DNA of 64,000 bases from Elsinoe ampelina (lineage: Eukaryota): positions 221,437-285,436 of the forward strand of contig ML992514.1 of assembly GCA_010093995.1 (NCBI GenBank), in the 5' to 3' direction. Below the pieces are notes generated by a model. The model worked only from the letters and a program-made list of their open reading frames with translations, made no database searches and had not been told where the DNA came from. Shown piece after piece: positions 12,901 through 22,800 of this stretch. How positions within the stretch are numbered: position 1 is the stretch's first letter; the number at the start of each line of letters is the position of its first letter. The position numbers and the translations under genes are program-made.

Positions 12901-15900
12901 CGTGACCTGTGGGATTGGAATCTGGGCACTGTACTCGCAGCCGACTTTGGCTTCGTCCACGCTGGATTCTCAGATTCAGAAGTCACAGATTCCATCAAGA
13001 TCATCAGGACAAGATTCCCTGCGCCATTTTCAGTCAATCAATGGCTCAACGATGTATTGAGTCAAGGATATTGCTCTGATCACCCTGATCTCGCAAACAT
13101 ATGCGCTTTTGGTACTGGTCAGCCTGTAACTGGTCAGCCACACCCGGAGCAGATCATGTTGCTGCCCCGACTGACAATCTTGAGCCGATTTGTGAAGCTT
13201 ACATCAGGGAAATATCCAAGACCTAGTCAGGTCGTCGAGAACATGCAAGAAAGTGGCATGAGCGAGAGTTTCATCGCCACTTTACCAGAAGCAACTTCAG
13301 CATATCTTCGAGAATACATCACAAGGTGCCAAATTTCACCACCCTCGACCTGGTCGCCATCGTTGCTGCGCATGACAGATCGGGAGGACCTTGTGCTGAG
13401 TGGTCCATCAGAAAGCGGGCCCATAAGAGCGCCTGTGTACCAAAGGCAAAATCCGAGCGCGTCGATCGACTTGCAAGCAATCTTGAACGGAGCTGAACGG
13501 CCAATACCGCCTAGCAGATCACACGAAGCCGACAGACATGCCATCATTGCGCAGATCTTCTCAGAAGACCGACGTTTTGTCGACGCCGCACGACTGACAA
13601 ATGCCGCGAACCTGCAGGTCGCAGAATGTGCACCCAAGCCTGGCTTCTCCGATGAGGAACATCTCGAGCAACAGAAGAAGGTTATGCAATGGGTCATGAC
13701 GCGAACGGTAGCTCTGCCTGCAGGAAGTGCAATGATACACTATGAGAGCCAGAAGCCACTCATCTCTGAAAAGTTTCAGGTCCCAGGTTTCAGCACAATC
13801 TGTCAAATGAAACCCATGGACAACACGGTCAGCGCAGACAAGACTGGATTCACCGAGGAGAAGCTGAGCTGGGCATTCTTTCATGCCGGAGCATCTGCTG
13901 GATTGCATATTTCCAGAAAGGCTGCCGGTATTGACACTTCTTGGGTCGTCTTCAACAAGCCCGACGAACTCACGAACCGTCATGCTGGATTTCTGCTAGC
14001 TTTGGGACTCAACGGGCATCTTCGCAACATGGCGAAATGGCTGGCTTTCAAGTACCTGACCCCAAAGCATACAATGACCTCAATCGGTCTGCTCCTGGGC
14101 TTGTCAGCATCATACATGGGTACTATGGACTCGCTTATTACTCGCATGCTGTCTGTGCATATTACACGGATGTTACCAGCAGGAGCCGCAGAGCTCAATG
14201 TGTCGCCTTTGACACAGTCTGTTGGGCTTCTCGGAGTCGGTTTGCTCTACTACAATACTCAACATCGCCGTATGAGCGAGATCATGATCTCAGAGCTTGA
14301 GCAAAGGGACGTCGACGAAGCCGGCAATGCAGCCGACACTCTTCGTGACGAGTCATACCGTCTTGCTGCAGGCTTTTCGCTAGGACTCATGAATCTAGGC
14401 AAAGGCAGCAACCTCCAAGGACTGCAAGGCATGGGACTGCTCGAACGACTATTGTCTATTGCCATTGGACCACGGCCGGTAGAGCTTGTTCACGTCGTTG
14501 ACAAGGCCACTTCTGGCGCAACTCTAGCACTAACATTCATTTACATGAAGACCAACGACGCCACCATCGCGCGCAAGATCGACATCCCCGACACGCTGTC
14601 CCAACTCGACCACATCCGTCCCGACATCCTGCTTTTACGCGTCCTCGCCAAGAACCTCATCATGTGGAGCGACATCACCCCAGCAGAAGGCTGGATCAAA
14701 TCCCAACTCCCAGCCTACGCCTCCCACTACTTCTCCCCGAAGACCTCCGCCCTCCTCCCGCTCCTCCCTCTCCGCTCCTCGGAAATCCCCCTCTTCAACA
14801 TCATCACAGGCCACGCCTGGTCCCTCTCCCTCAAACACGCCGGCACAGCCTCCCCTGTCGTCCGCGATGAGATCCTCGCCTACCTCGACGTCTTCTGGTC
14901 CACGTCCCTGCAGCCAGCGACGTACTATGACGCTCAGCTCGCTCGGACGACGATCAGACGGTGTATTGATATGCTTGCCCTGTCTGCCGCGACGGTCATG
15001 GCGGGGACGGGGGACGTGAAGACGTTTCGCTATTTGAGGCGCTTGCATGGTCGGACGGACCCGGAGACGACGTATGGGAGTCATATGGCGGCGCATTTGG
15101 CTGTGGGGAGTTTGTTTCTTGGAGGGGGGACGTATACTTTCTCCACGAGCGATATTGCGATCGCGGGGCTGGTGATGGCGTTTTACCCGCTTTGGCCGCA
15201 GGAGGTGTTGGATAACGCGGTGCATCTGCAGGCGTTCAGGCACTTGTGGGTCTTGGCTGCGGAGGCGCGGTGTGTGGTTTGTCAGGATGTGGATAGTGGG
15301 AGGCCGGTGCAGATGGAGGTGAAGATCCGGTTGCGGGATGGGTCGGAGGTTGTGAAGACCGCGCCGTGTCTTTTGCCTGAGCTGGAAAGTGTGGCGAGCG
15401 TGGAGACGGTGAATATGGGGTGGTGGAAGGCGAAGTTGGATTTCGAGAGGAATGAGAACCACAGGAAGGGGTTCCGGGAGGGGCAGATACTGTGGGTGAG
15501 AAAGGCGCCGGCGAAGGAGGAGAACCCGGGGTTGTTTGGGAGGATGTTGAAGGGGTTGAATGAGAGGGACAATATGCCGGATTGGTGGAGGATGTGGGCG
15601 GAGCTGCTAAAGTTGCCGGCGTTGGAGTGTTTGGAGGAGAGCGAGTTGGGGTTGGCTATCCCGCCCAATGCGGTGAGTGGGGTGCACGAGGATGAAAAGG
15701 GGACGGTGCTGGACGATAGGCTTGTGCTATTGAGCGATGCAAAGTCTTGGGATCCGCAGAGGCTGTGGAACGTCCGTTTGCTGCTCAGCTGGGCGGGGAG
15801 GAAGCGACTCGAGGAGGATGGATCGCTGAATTGGTTGGGCGACGAGTTCGTCCGGAGACTCTCTGATATCATCCAGCGCCGCATGACGGAAGTCCATGGC

Positions 15901-15918
15901 GAGACAGTGGCTCAATAG
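9919..15918 (+). CDS. APC1: Anaphase-promoting complex subunit 1 (BimE/Apc1)
   Basis: 1999-aa single ORF with PC-repeat region: HAGFLLALGLNGHL, FKYLTPKHTMTSIGLLLG, ESYRLAAGFSLG, YGSHMAAHLAVGSLFLGGG, HLQAFRHLWVLA. Confidence 0.96.
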   Translation: MAMITSLGLHIPSALHYLVAEGILPPNPKQDSYAWKSYSTEDRTVEEELLWTQKHVIYSKDGYIQKAFNYEEKDDAVKSVVLTEFAYPADDQKEASRNEQPTTDSSSRTNDPGPFGRLRRKSRRSSVATHQEHKVDQPDVSNQRRSTRRALVVLLGKQCHIHFLTGSTHVVSVPFDVSDMFPSPEGLILQRNTQPRPRSAGRVPAPPPNSFFSSQSQLSPHTKSPLGPGRGLPNFSLFDSPSKRFSSASAVVAAGTDMDENDFPHFWSLTDPVSDFSAMASATVAPLPRHLRNDDGGMLIEYDDIDASEIIIYVSPHDELTTGPSAGKVALMFLITMNEELDQITIWQGWYLKPRSLSALMAARKTLQQMREARRNSLNTTTTAGKATGVRFHDKGRESFAATAELPTKKPNTRRKKVQSKPKSTLEEEADMALRMDPDFMAGQQQLQGSRRTGSILPRGDLAIQDPTRGQSAVGGNHTAAARRGPSMRMSQDRRSFGTSMYRKSRGSVPGSTFSRSFGPDDEDSMDFGDDSFLDGSELEAEIARVTQLYLATHEYASVESAFAIGAEGMKPELIVRKVHVLPLSTQRLSHQKTKCKDRFKVCTLSRQARESTNSAVSIWIHDNALQRTLKANFDVVLAPIGDVQGADSISVPLIAVPLFRDQEMEQAILDIIKVEDSSCKAILSMTDKTALMIAPHDSQPFTTDLPQSSRIHNKADVRYDLDAVSREVGLNRTVALPKSMLRLVDSVKAGHFNMKDEAGQIFEFQLKLRPRDPLVNRALQVSCAVLDGRLKRAGPWLWASAYKHLRDLKSVNDTEAELELEAFIMFLFSFSVGSLGLTSSRSRRSRAHLLGVTSGLLPMEPDGTSNTRTILPKPWQRLTLGLNVAGSDARQSPRSNRQSNGSATPANTGSASMSLTNVEAKTRSMLHALHSEGHTWLMDSTDTVERVNASLKAMLAVQLLLEELKLSPTADTSGERVSRVLAMCLAQLGHYLRRDLWDWNLGTVLAADFGFVHAGFSDSEVTDSIKIIRTRFPAPFSVNQWLNDVLSQGYCSDHPDLANICAFGTGQPVTGQPHPEQIMLLPRLTILSRFVKLTSGKYPRPSQVVENMQESGMSESFIATLPEATSAYLREYITRCQISPPSTWSPSLLRMTDREDLVLSGPSESGPIRAPVYQRQNPSASIDLQAILNGAERPIPPSRSHEADRHAIIAQIFSEDRRFVDAARLTNAANLQVAECAPKPGFSDEEHLEQQKKVMQWVMTRTVALPAGSAMIHYESQKPLISEKFQVPGFSTICQMKPMDNTVSADKTGFTEEKLSWAFFHAGASAGLHISRKAAGIDTSWVVFNKPDELTNRHAGFLLALGLNGHLRNMAKWLAFKYLTPKHTMTSIGLLLGLSASYMGTMDSLITRMLSVHITRMLPAGAAELNVSPLTQSVGLLGVGLLYYNTQHRRMSEIMISELEQRDVDEAGNAADTLRDESYRLAAGFSLGLMNLGKGSNLQGLQGMGLLERLLSIAIGPRPVELVHVVDKATSGATLALTFIYMKTNDATIARKIDIPDTLSQLDHIRPDILLLRVLAKNLIMWSDITPAEGWIKSQLPAYASHYFSPKTSALLPLLPLRSSEIPLFNIITGHAWSLSLKHAGTASPVVRDEILAYLDVFWSTSLQPATYYDAQLARTTIRRCIDMLALSAATVMAGTGDVKTFRYLRRLHGRTDPETTYGSHMAAHLAVGSLFLGGGTYTFSTSDIAIAGLVMAFYPLWPQEVLDNAVHLQAFRHLWVLAAEARCVVCQDVDSGRPVQMEVKIRLRDGSEVVKTAPCLLPELESVASVETVNMGWWKAKLDFERNENHRKGFREGQILWVRKAPAKEENPGLFGRMLKGLNERDNMPDWWRMWAELLKLPALECLEESELGLAIPPNAVSGVHEDEKGTVLDDRLVLLSDAKSWDPQRLWNVRLLLSWAGRKRLEEDGSLNWLGDEFVRRLSDIIQRRMTEVHGETVAQ

Positions 15919-15935
15919 TCCGAAAAATGCAAGTT

Positions 15936-16517
15936 TCACCATATTTTCCACCAGGGCTTTCCGCTCGAATTACCGTCCTGACCCGTTCTCAGCTTCGAAA
16001 ACAGCTCTTGATCTTCCTGCTCCTTTTTCTGGCGCCTGAGCTCCCTAGCCCGTTCCATCCTTGCTTCTTTCTGCTTCCGTTCAATCGCCTTCCTGTCCAT
16101 GATCTCCATGGCCCGCTTCATGCCTTCGCGCTCCGCATTTCTCTGGTATGTGCAGTACTGGTACATGCTGAATGAGGCAAAGCAGAAGGTACCTACAGCC
16201 CAATTGCAGACTGTAAACACCGGCGCAGACATGACTGCTCTTACGCCCCCAAGTGCAAACCCAGATCCGATTCCAGTCAACAGAGAGTCCTTGACGCAGG
16301 GTCTGGTTGCGAAGCTCGACCAGTCTTCGAGCTTTATTGTCTTCGCAGCTTCTATGACATTCACTCGGTCACCTTTCTCGCCGCCAGCGGTGTGCATGGT
16401 TCCGCCTGGCATAACATTTGCGCTGGGTCGTTTGACATCTTGGACTTCTTTCCATTGATCACCTTTGAAGGGCACGTAGCCCTCTCGGGGGTCGGTGGAG
16501 TCTTTGCCGTCAGACAT
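15936..16517 (-). CDS. COX20: Cytochrome c oxidase assembly protein Cox20
   Basis: PCVKDSLLTGIGSGFALGG...CNWAVGTF...YQYCTYQRNAEREGMKRAMEIMDRK; two TM helices and conserved cysteines. Confidence 0.9.
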   Translation of the reverse strand: MSDGKDSTDPREGYVPFKGDQWKEVQDVKRPSANVMPGGTMHTAGGEKGDRVNVIEAAKTIKLEDWSSFATRPCVKDSLLTGIGSGFALGGVRAVMSAPVFTVCNWAVGTFCFASFSMYQYCTYQRNAEREGMKRAMEIMDRKAIERKQKEARMERARELRRQKKEQEDQELFSKLRTGQDGNSSGKPWWKIW

Positions 16518-16685
16518 GGTAAGAGGCTAATATGTTGTCCTGTCTATAATGAAGCCGAGAAGGAGATTATAGTGATACAGGTCGAGGGTAATGTGTACAA
16601 GAAAAAAGCTGGCGATGATGTCGACGATTGCTCGCCCGGCGAAACGGACCGAAAATGCCGATCAGATTGCGGAGCGTTAATTGAA

Positions 16686-16708
16686 ACGCGTGAGACGCCA
16701 CGACGCGT
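16686..16708. promoter_or_regulatory. Two MluI cell-cycle boxes (ACGCGT) in the COX20/POL2 divergent promoter
   Basis: ACGCGT at 16686-16691 and 16703-16708, about 200 bp upstream of the POL2 ATG. MCBs are the established G1/S element of fungal DNA-replication genes. Confidence 0.7.
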
Positions 16709-16896
16709 TACCTTGCAGAAATGCGGGCGGTGGTCGTTCGGAGCGTTCTTCGTTCTTCATACATCTCTCTCAAGCAACCCCCTCCACACCATTGCCACGA
16801 TTCTGATTCGGCATTGTACGAGCACACAACACTCCAGACTCTGAACATGCAATAATCCACATTTAAAGTAATCCTCGACTACACGAACCGCCTGCT

Positions 16897-19800
16897 ATGG
16901 CGTACGGAGCTGGTCGACAATCCGGGGGAACATTTCGGCGCGTGGGCAAGAATGGACAGACATCCTACGGACCACGAAAGTCAAAGACGGTAGACGCAGG
17001 TTCCCTGCGGTCCTCAGAGATCACCTCACAAAATGAACGCCTTGAAGCAACGCGACTCGCCCACAAAATCGACGAGTCGATGGGATTCGAGCGATTCGAG
17101 GCCGGCAAGAAGAAGGAGGGATGGCTTGTAAATATGCACAGTACATCAGTCGAGGATGGTAAGGTGTTAGGTGGACGTGCTGGAGTCGACTTCTACTTCT
17201 TGGAGGAAGACGGCAACACGTTCAAAGCTACAGTCGAGTACGACCCGTACTTCTTAATAGCTGTGAAGCATGGGAAGGAGCCAGAGGTGGAGGAATGGTG
17301 TCGACGAGGTTTCGAGGGTCTGGTCAAGACTGTCAAGAGAGTAGAAAAGGAGGACCTGCAGATGCCCAACCATCTTCTTGGCTACCAAAGGGCCTTCTTG
17401 AAGCTGAGCTTCGCCAACGTCACAGATCTGATCACAGTCCGACGAGAAATACAACCTATCGCGGAGAAGAACAAGAGCAAGATGACGGCCATGGACACCT
17501 ACGCAGAAATGGCAAGCGCCACGGCTGGAATCGACATGTTTGACAATGATGTCGAGTACGACACTCGGCCAGGAAGCATCCTGGACGCCAGCGACTTTGT
17601 GGTCGACATTAGAGAGTACGACGTGCCGTACCATGTGCGTTTAGCAATCGACATGGATATTCGCGTCGGAAAATGGTACTTTGTCGAGGCAAAGCATGGC
17701 AAAGTCAGCTTGAAATGTAACGAGGAGCACTTGCAGCGTGCTGATCCCGTGGTCATGGCATACGATATCGAAACGACGAAACTACCCCTGAAATTCCCGG
17801 ACTCAGCCTTTGATCAGATAATGATGATCTCCTACATGATCGACGGACAAGGGTTCTTAATAACGAATCGAGAAATCGTATCGGAGGATATCTCAGACTT
17901 CGACTATACGCCGAAACCAGAATTCGATGGTCCCTTCATGGTTTTCAACGAAGCTGACGAGCGAGCATTGCTCGAGCGCTTCTTTGATTGCATCAAGGAG
18001 GCCCGGCCGACTGTCATGGTCACATACAATGGTGACTTCTTCGATTGGCCATTCGTAGAGGCTAGGGCTAGCATTCTCGGAATCGACATGTACCAGGAGA
18101 TCGGCTTCAGGAAGAACAGCGAAGACATCTATGTCTCCAATTATTGCGCGCACATGGATGCCTTCGCTTGGGTCAATCGCGACTCTTACCTGCCACAAGG
18201 TAGCAGAGGTCTCAAAGCTGTCACAGTTGCGAAGTTGGGCTACGATCCAGACGAGCTCGACCCAGAACTGATGACACCGTACGCTAGCGAGCGACCACAA
18301 GTCCTTGCAGAGTATTCGGTGTCTGACGCCGTGGCGACCTACTATCTGTACATGAAATATGTACATCCTTTCATCTTCTCGCTCTGTACCGTCATTCCAC
18401 TCGGACCCGACGACGTATTACGAAAGGGTACTGGTACTCTCTGCGAGATGTTGCTCATGGTACAAGCATATCAGAAGAATATCGTCCTTCCGAACAAACA
18501 CCAAGCGCCGAAAGAAGCATTCTGGGATGGTCATCTGCTGGAGTCTGAAACGTACGTCGGAGGTCACGTTGAATCGATCGAAGCCGGTGTGTTCCGCAGT
18601 GATATCCCTTGCAAGTTTGCCATCGATACTACAGCAATCGACGAGCTGCTGCATGATCTTGATGCTGCCCTTACTTTCTGCATCACAGTCGAAGAGAAAA
18701 AGTCGCTGGACGACATCACGAATTACGAAGAAGTCAAGTCTCAGATCGCTGAGCGCCTAATGCAACTCAAAGATACCCCGAACCGAAACGAATGCCCCTC
18801 GATATACCACTTGGATGTCGCCTCGATGTACCCTAATATCATGACCACCAATCGACTACAGCCAGACTCCATGGTCCAGGAATCGGACTGCGCAGCTTGC
18901 GACTTCAACAGACCTGGTAAGACTTGCGATCGAAGAATGCCTTGGTCCTGGAGGGGAGAATTCTTGCCAGCAAAACGGGACGAGTACAACATGATTCGAC
19001 ACGCGCTGGAGAACGAGCGATTCCCTGCCAAGTTCCCGAATGGTCTTGCCCGTACGTTTCAAGATCTCTCGGTGGATGAGCAGACCGGTCTTGTCAAGAA
19101 GCGATTACAGGATTACAGCAAGAAGATCTATCACAAGATCCACGATGCTAAGACCATGGAACGCGAGGCCATCATCTGCCAGCGAGAGAATCCATTCTAT
19201 GTCAATACTGTCCGCGACTTTCGTGATCGCCGATACGACTTCAAGGGCAAGCAGAAGGTGTGGAAGGGCAAGACAGACTCGCTCAAGGCCGCTGGGGCAA
19301 GCGCAGGAGAAGTGGAGGAAGCGAAGAAGATGATCGTACTCTTCGATTCATTGCAACTTGCTCACAAGGTCATTCTGAACAGTTTCTACGGATACGTCAT
19401 GAGGAAAGGCTCGAGATGGTATTCCATGGAGATGGCTGGTGTCACCTGCTTGACAGGTGCAAAGATCATTCAAATGGCTCGACAAATTGTGGAACGAATC
19501 GGTCGACCATTGGAACTGGATACTGACGGTATCTGGTGCATTCTACCTGCGACATTCCCAGAGAACTTCTCGTTCAAGATGAAGAATGGCAAGAAGCTCA
19601 CAATATCCTACCCTTGCGCCATGCTCAATCACCTCGTCCACGCCAAATTCACCAATCATCAATATCAGACGTTGACGGACCCAGCAAATTTCAAGTACGA
19701 GACACACAGTGACAACTCGATCTTCTTCGAAGTTGATGGACCGTACAAGGCCATGATCTTGCCAACGTCGAAGGAGGAAGACAAAAACTTGAAGAAGAGA

Positions 19801-22800
19801 TACGCTGTTTTCAATCATGATGGCAGTCTTGCAGAGTTGAAAGGTTTCGAGGTCAAGCGACGTGGTGAGCTGAAGCTCATCAAGATCTTCCAGACCCAAA
19901 TTTTCAAGTTCTTCCTGGACGGCACCACTCTCGAGGAGACTTATGCATCGGTGGCCAAAGTCGCTAATCAATGGCTCGATGTCCTGCACTCCCACGGCTC
20001 GACTCTTGCAGACGAAGAGCTCATTGAGCTCATTTGTGAAAACAAGAGCATGGCCAAGACCCTGGACGAGTACGGAGCCCAGAAGTCCACAGCTATCACC
20101 ACAGCAAAGCGTCTCGCCGAGTTCCTGGGTGAGCAGATGATCAAAGACAAAGGTCTGAATTGCAAGTACATTATCTCTTCGCGACCAAAGAATGCGCCGG
20201 TCACAGAGCGAGCTATACCAGTAGCGATCTTCTCTTCAGAAGAGTCTGTGAAGCGGCACTACCTCAGGAAATGGATGAAGGACGATCCAGGTGACATGGA
20301 TCCGCGGGCAGTCATTGACTGGGACTACTACCTGGAACGTCTGGGATCGGTCATTCAAAAGCTCATCACCATTCCTGCAGCACTCCAGAAGGTGCGTAAC
20401 CCAGTGCCACGTGTGGCACATCCGGAATGGCTGGACCGCAGAATCCGAATCAAGGACGACGTCTTTAAGCAGAAGAAGATGACCGATCTGTTCACGAAGC
20501 AGCCGCTCACTGACTTGGACGTGAATGCTCTTGCGCGGAATCCACTTGATCTGGAAGATTTTGGATCATCTGCTCTGAAGAAGGCGAAGATCGCAGCAGT
20601 CACTCAGGTCCATGGTAGTCAGAAGCGAAAGGCAAACGCAAAGCCAGCTGCCCCTGCAAACCCATACGACAGCCTACCAGAGAAGATGCCCTCGATCACC
20701 AAGAACTACTCGGGTTGGCTCAAGTACCAGAAGCAGAAATGGAAGATCCAAAAGCAAGCGAGGATGCGTAGACGACAGCTCTTTGGCGAGAAACGTGTTG
20801 ATGCTACTGACGCGATCGGCTCGTTCTTCCGCAACCAGGCAGAGATGCTGTTCATCTCGACATGGCAGATCCTGCAATTGTGCGAGACCGAGAGCCCCGG
20901 AGAGATCCGGGCGTTTGTCCTGATCGACAAGAAGATACACCAGCTCAAGGTCATCGTGCCTCGACAACTCTTCTTGAATCTGAAAGAGGACGATCTTCCA
21001 GATGTCACCATTGACGGTATCTCTGCTGAGAAAGTCACCAACTTTGCTCTGCCGAATGGTCACCCTTCCGCACATCTCTTTAAGCTGACCATGCCCGAAC
21101 ATGTCTATGTCAGAGAATCAGATAAGCTGGCGATGCTGTTCAATCATCCTAGCGTGGAGGGTGTGTATGAGAAGCAGGTTCCACTGGAGCTCAGAGCTCT
21201 GCTGGACTTGGGCAGTACTTGCACTTTCGATGAGTCGCAAAGGGGCGTCCTCGGCAAAGGTCTCGAGCAGGGTTTCGATCTACACTCTCTTCACCACGTG
21301 CCACCCAAAGATCCGTACCTGAATGAGGCACCACTCTCGTACCTGTATCTGTACCACGTAACCGCTGGCGACAGGCAAATCTATGCTCTCTTCAGCACCA
21401 ACAAGACCGAGGCAAGGATTATTATCTTGAACAGATCACGTAGTGAGCAAACGATGCCAAATGTTGATCGTCTGTACAGGGACGGCCTGATTGAGCGTCA
21501 AGACGCCAACAATGGTGAACCGTGGCAAGACGTGTTTGAATACCAGGAATTCCTCCACTTCCGGACGACCCAAGTAACGACAAAACGAAGAGCTTTGCAG
21601 GAACTCGGCGATGCGATCAAAGCCATGCAGAAGGACGAGACAATGGCTCAGATGCTGGTCATTCAATCGCAGCAGCCGCAGATGCTGAAGCATGAACTAC
21701 CGATGCTTAACCAATTTCCGACTTTGCCACTGCGGTCGCACAATGCAGACAAGCAATTACCACCACTTGGTTGGCAAGGCATTGCCGCGAAGCGCATAGT
21801 CGGCCACTACCTGGATCTAGGATCGTGGATCGCACATCTTGTGGGTCTGAGTAGGTACGGCAACGTGCCAATTTGCAACCTCGAAAGCGACGATCCCCGG
21901 CTGCTTATCGACATTGCATATGCTCGTCGTTTGCAGAAGGAACGTGTGGTTCTCTGGTGGTCGTCTGCCCCGAAGCCCGATCATGCTGGGTACGAGAAGG
22001 ATGATATTCTTGGTGCTCTGGAGGCGGTGGAGATGCCATCAGTCAACAACCCGGGCACTTACTCTTCGGTGTGCATCGACCTTTCAGTCAAGAACCTGGC
22101 CATCAACACCATACTTTCCGCGGCCGTGCTCAACGATGCGGAAGGAGCTGACTCCATGGGCTTCATGTCCGCGGCAGACCGAGATTCTGGTGGAGATACC
22201 GCGCACATCCAGAGTGAGAACTCGTTTGCTCAAGCTGGGATTGTGGCACTCCGAGAAATGGTCCGCACTTGGTGGCAGGAGGCATGTACAGGGTCAACAA
22301 TGGCTGATGTTATGGTTCAGCATCTTGTCAGATGGATCGAATCGCCGTCGTCGTTCTTGTATGACCGTAATCTGCATTACTATGTGCAGATGATGTCCAA
22401 GAAAGCTCTCCAGCAGTTGATGGCAGAGTTCCGACGTGTCGGGTCGCACATTGTCTTCGCAAGTCCGGGGCGATTGCTGCTGCAGACTAGCAAGAGCGAG
22501 GTTGGCAATGCTTATGCCTACAGTCAGTACATTCTCAAGACGGTCAACTCGAAGCCAGCCTTCAACTTCCTGGACCTTGCTATCACGGAATACTGGGACT
22601 ACCTTGTCTGGTACGATGAGTTCAACTACGGTGGCAAGGGTTGCACAGAGGTCGTTGGCGAAGCAGAGCAGGAATTGGAGACCATCATGCACTGGCAACT
22701 TGCAACAGCACTGCCATCAATTCTCCTCCCGGTGTTCAATGAATGGGTAATCGCATATCTCAACCTGATGCATGCCAGAAAGCGACCACAGATCATCGAA

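Noticed and set aside
14635..15884. Long antisense ORFs inside APC1 (similar ones occur in POL2, DHR2, BTB and SQS1)
   Set aside because: Explained by stop-poor C-rich or G-rich codon usage of the real gene.
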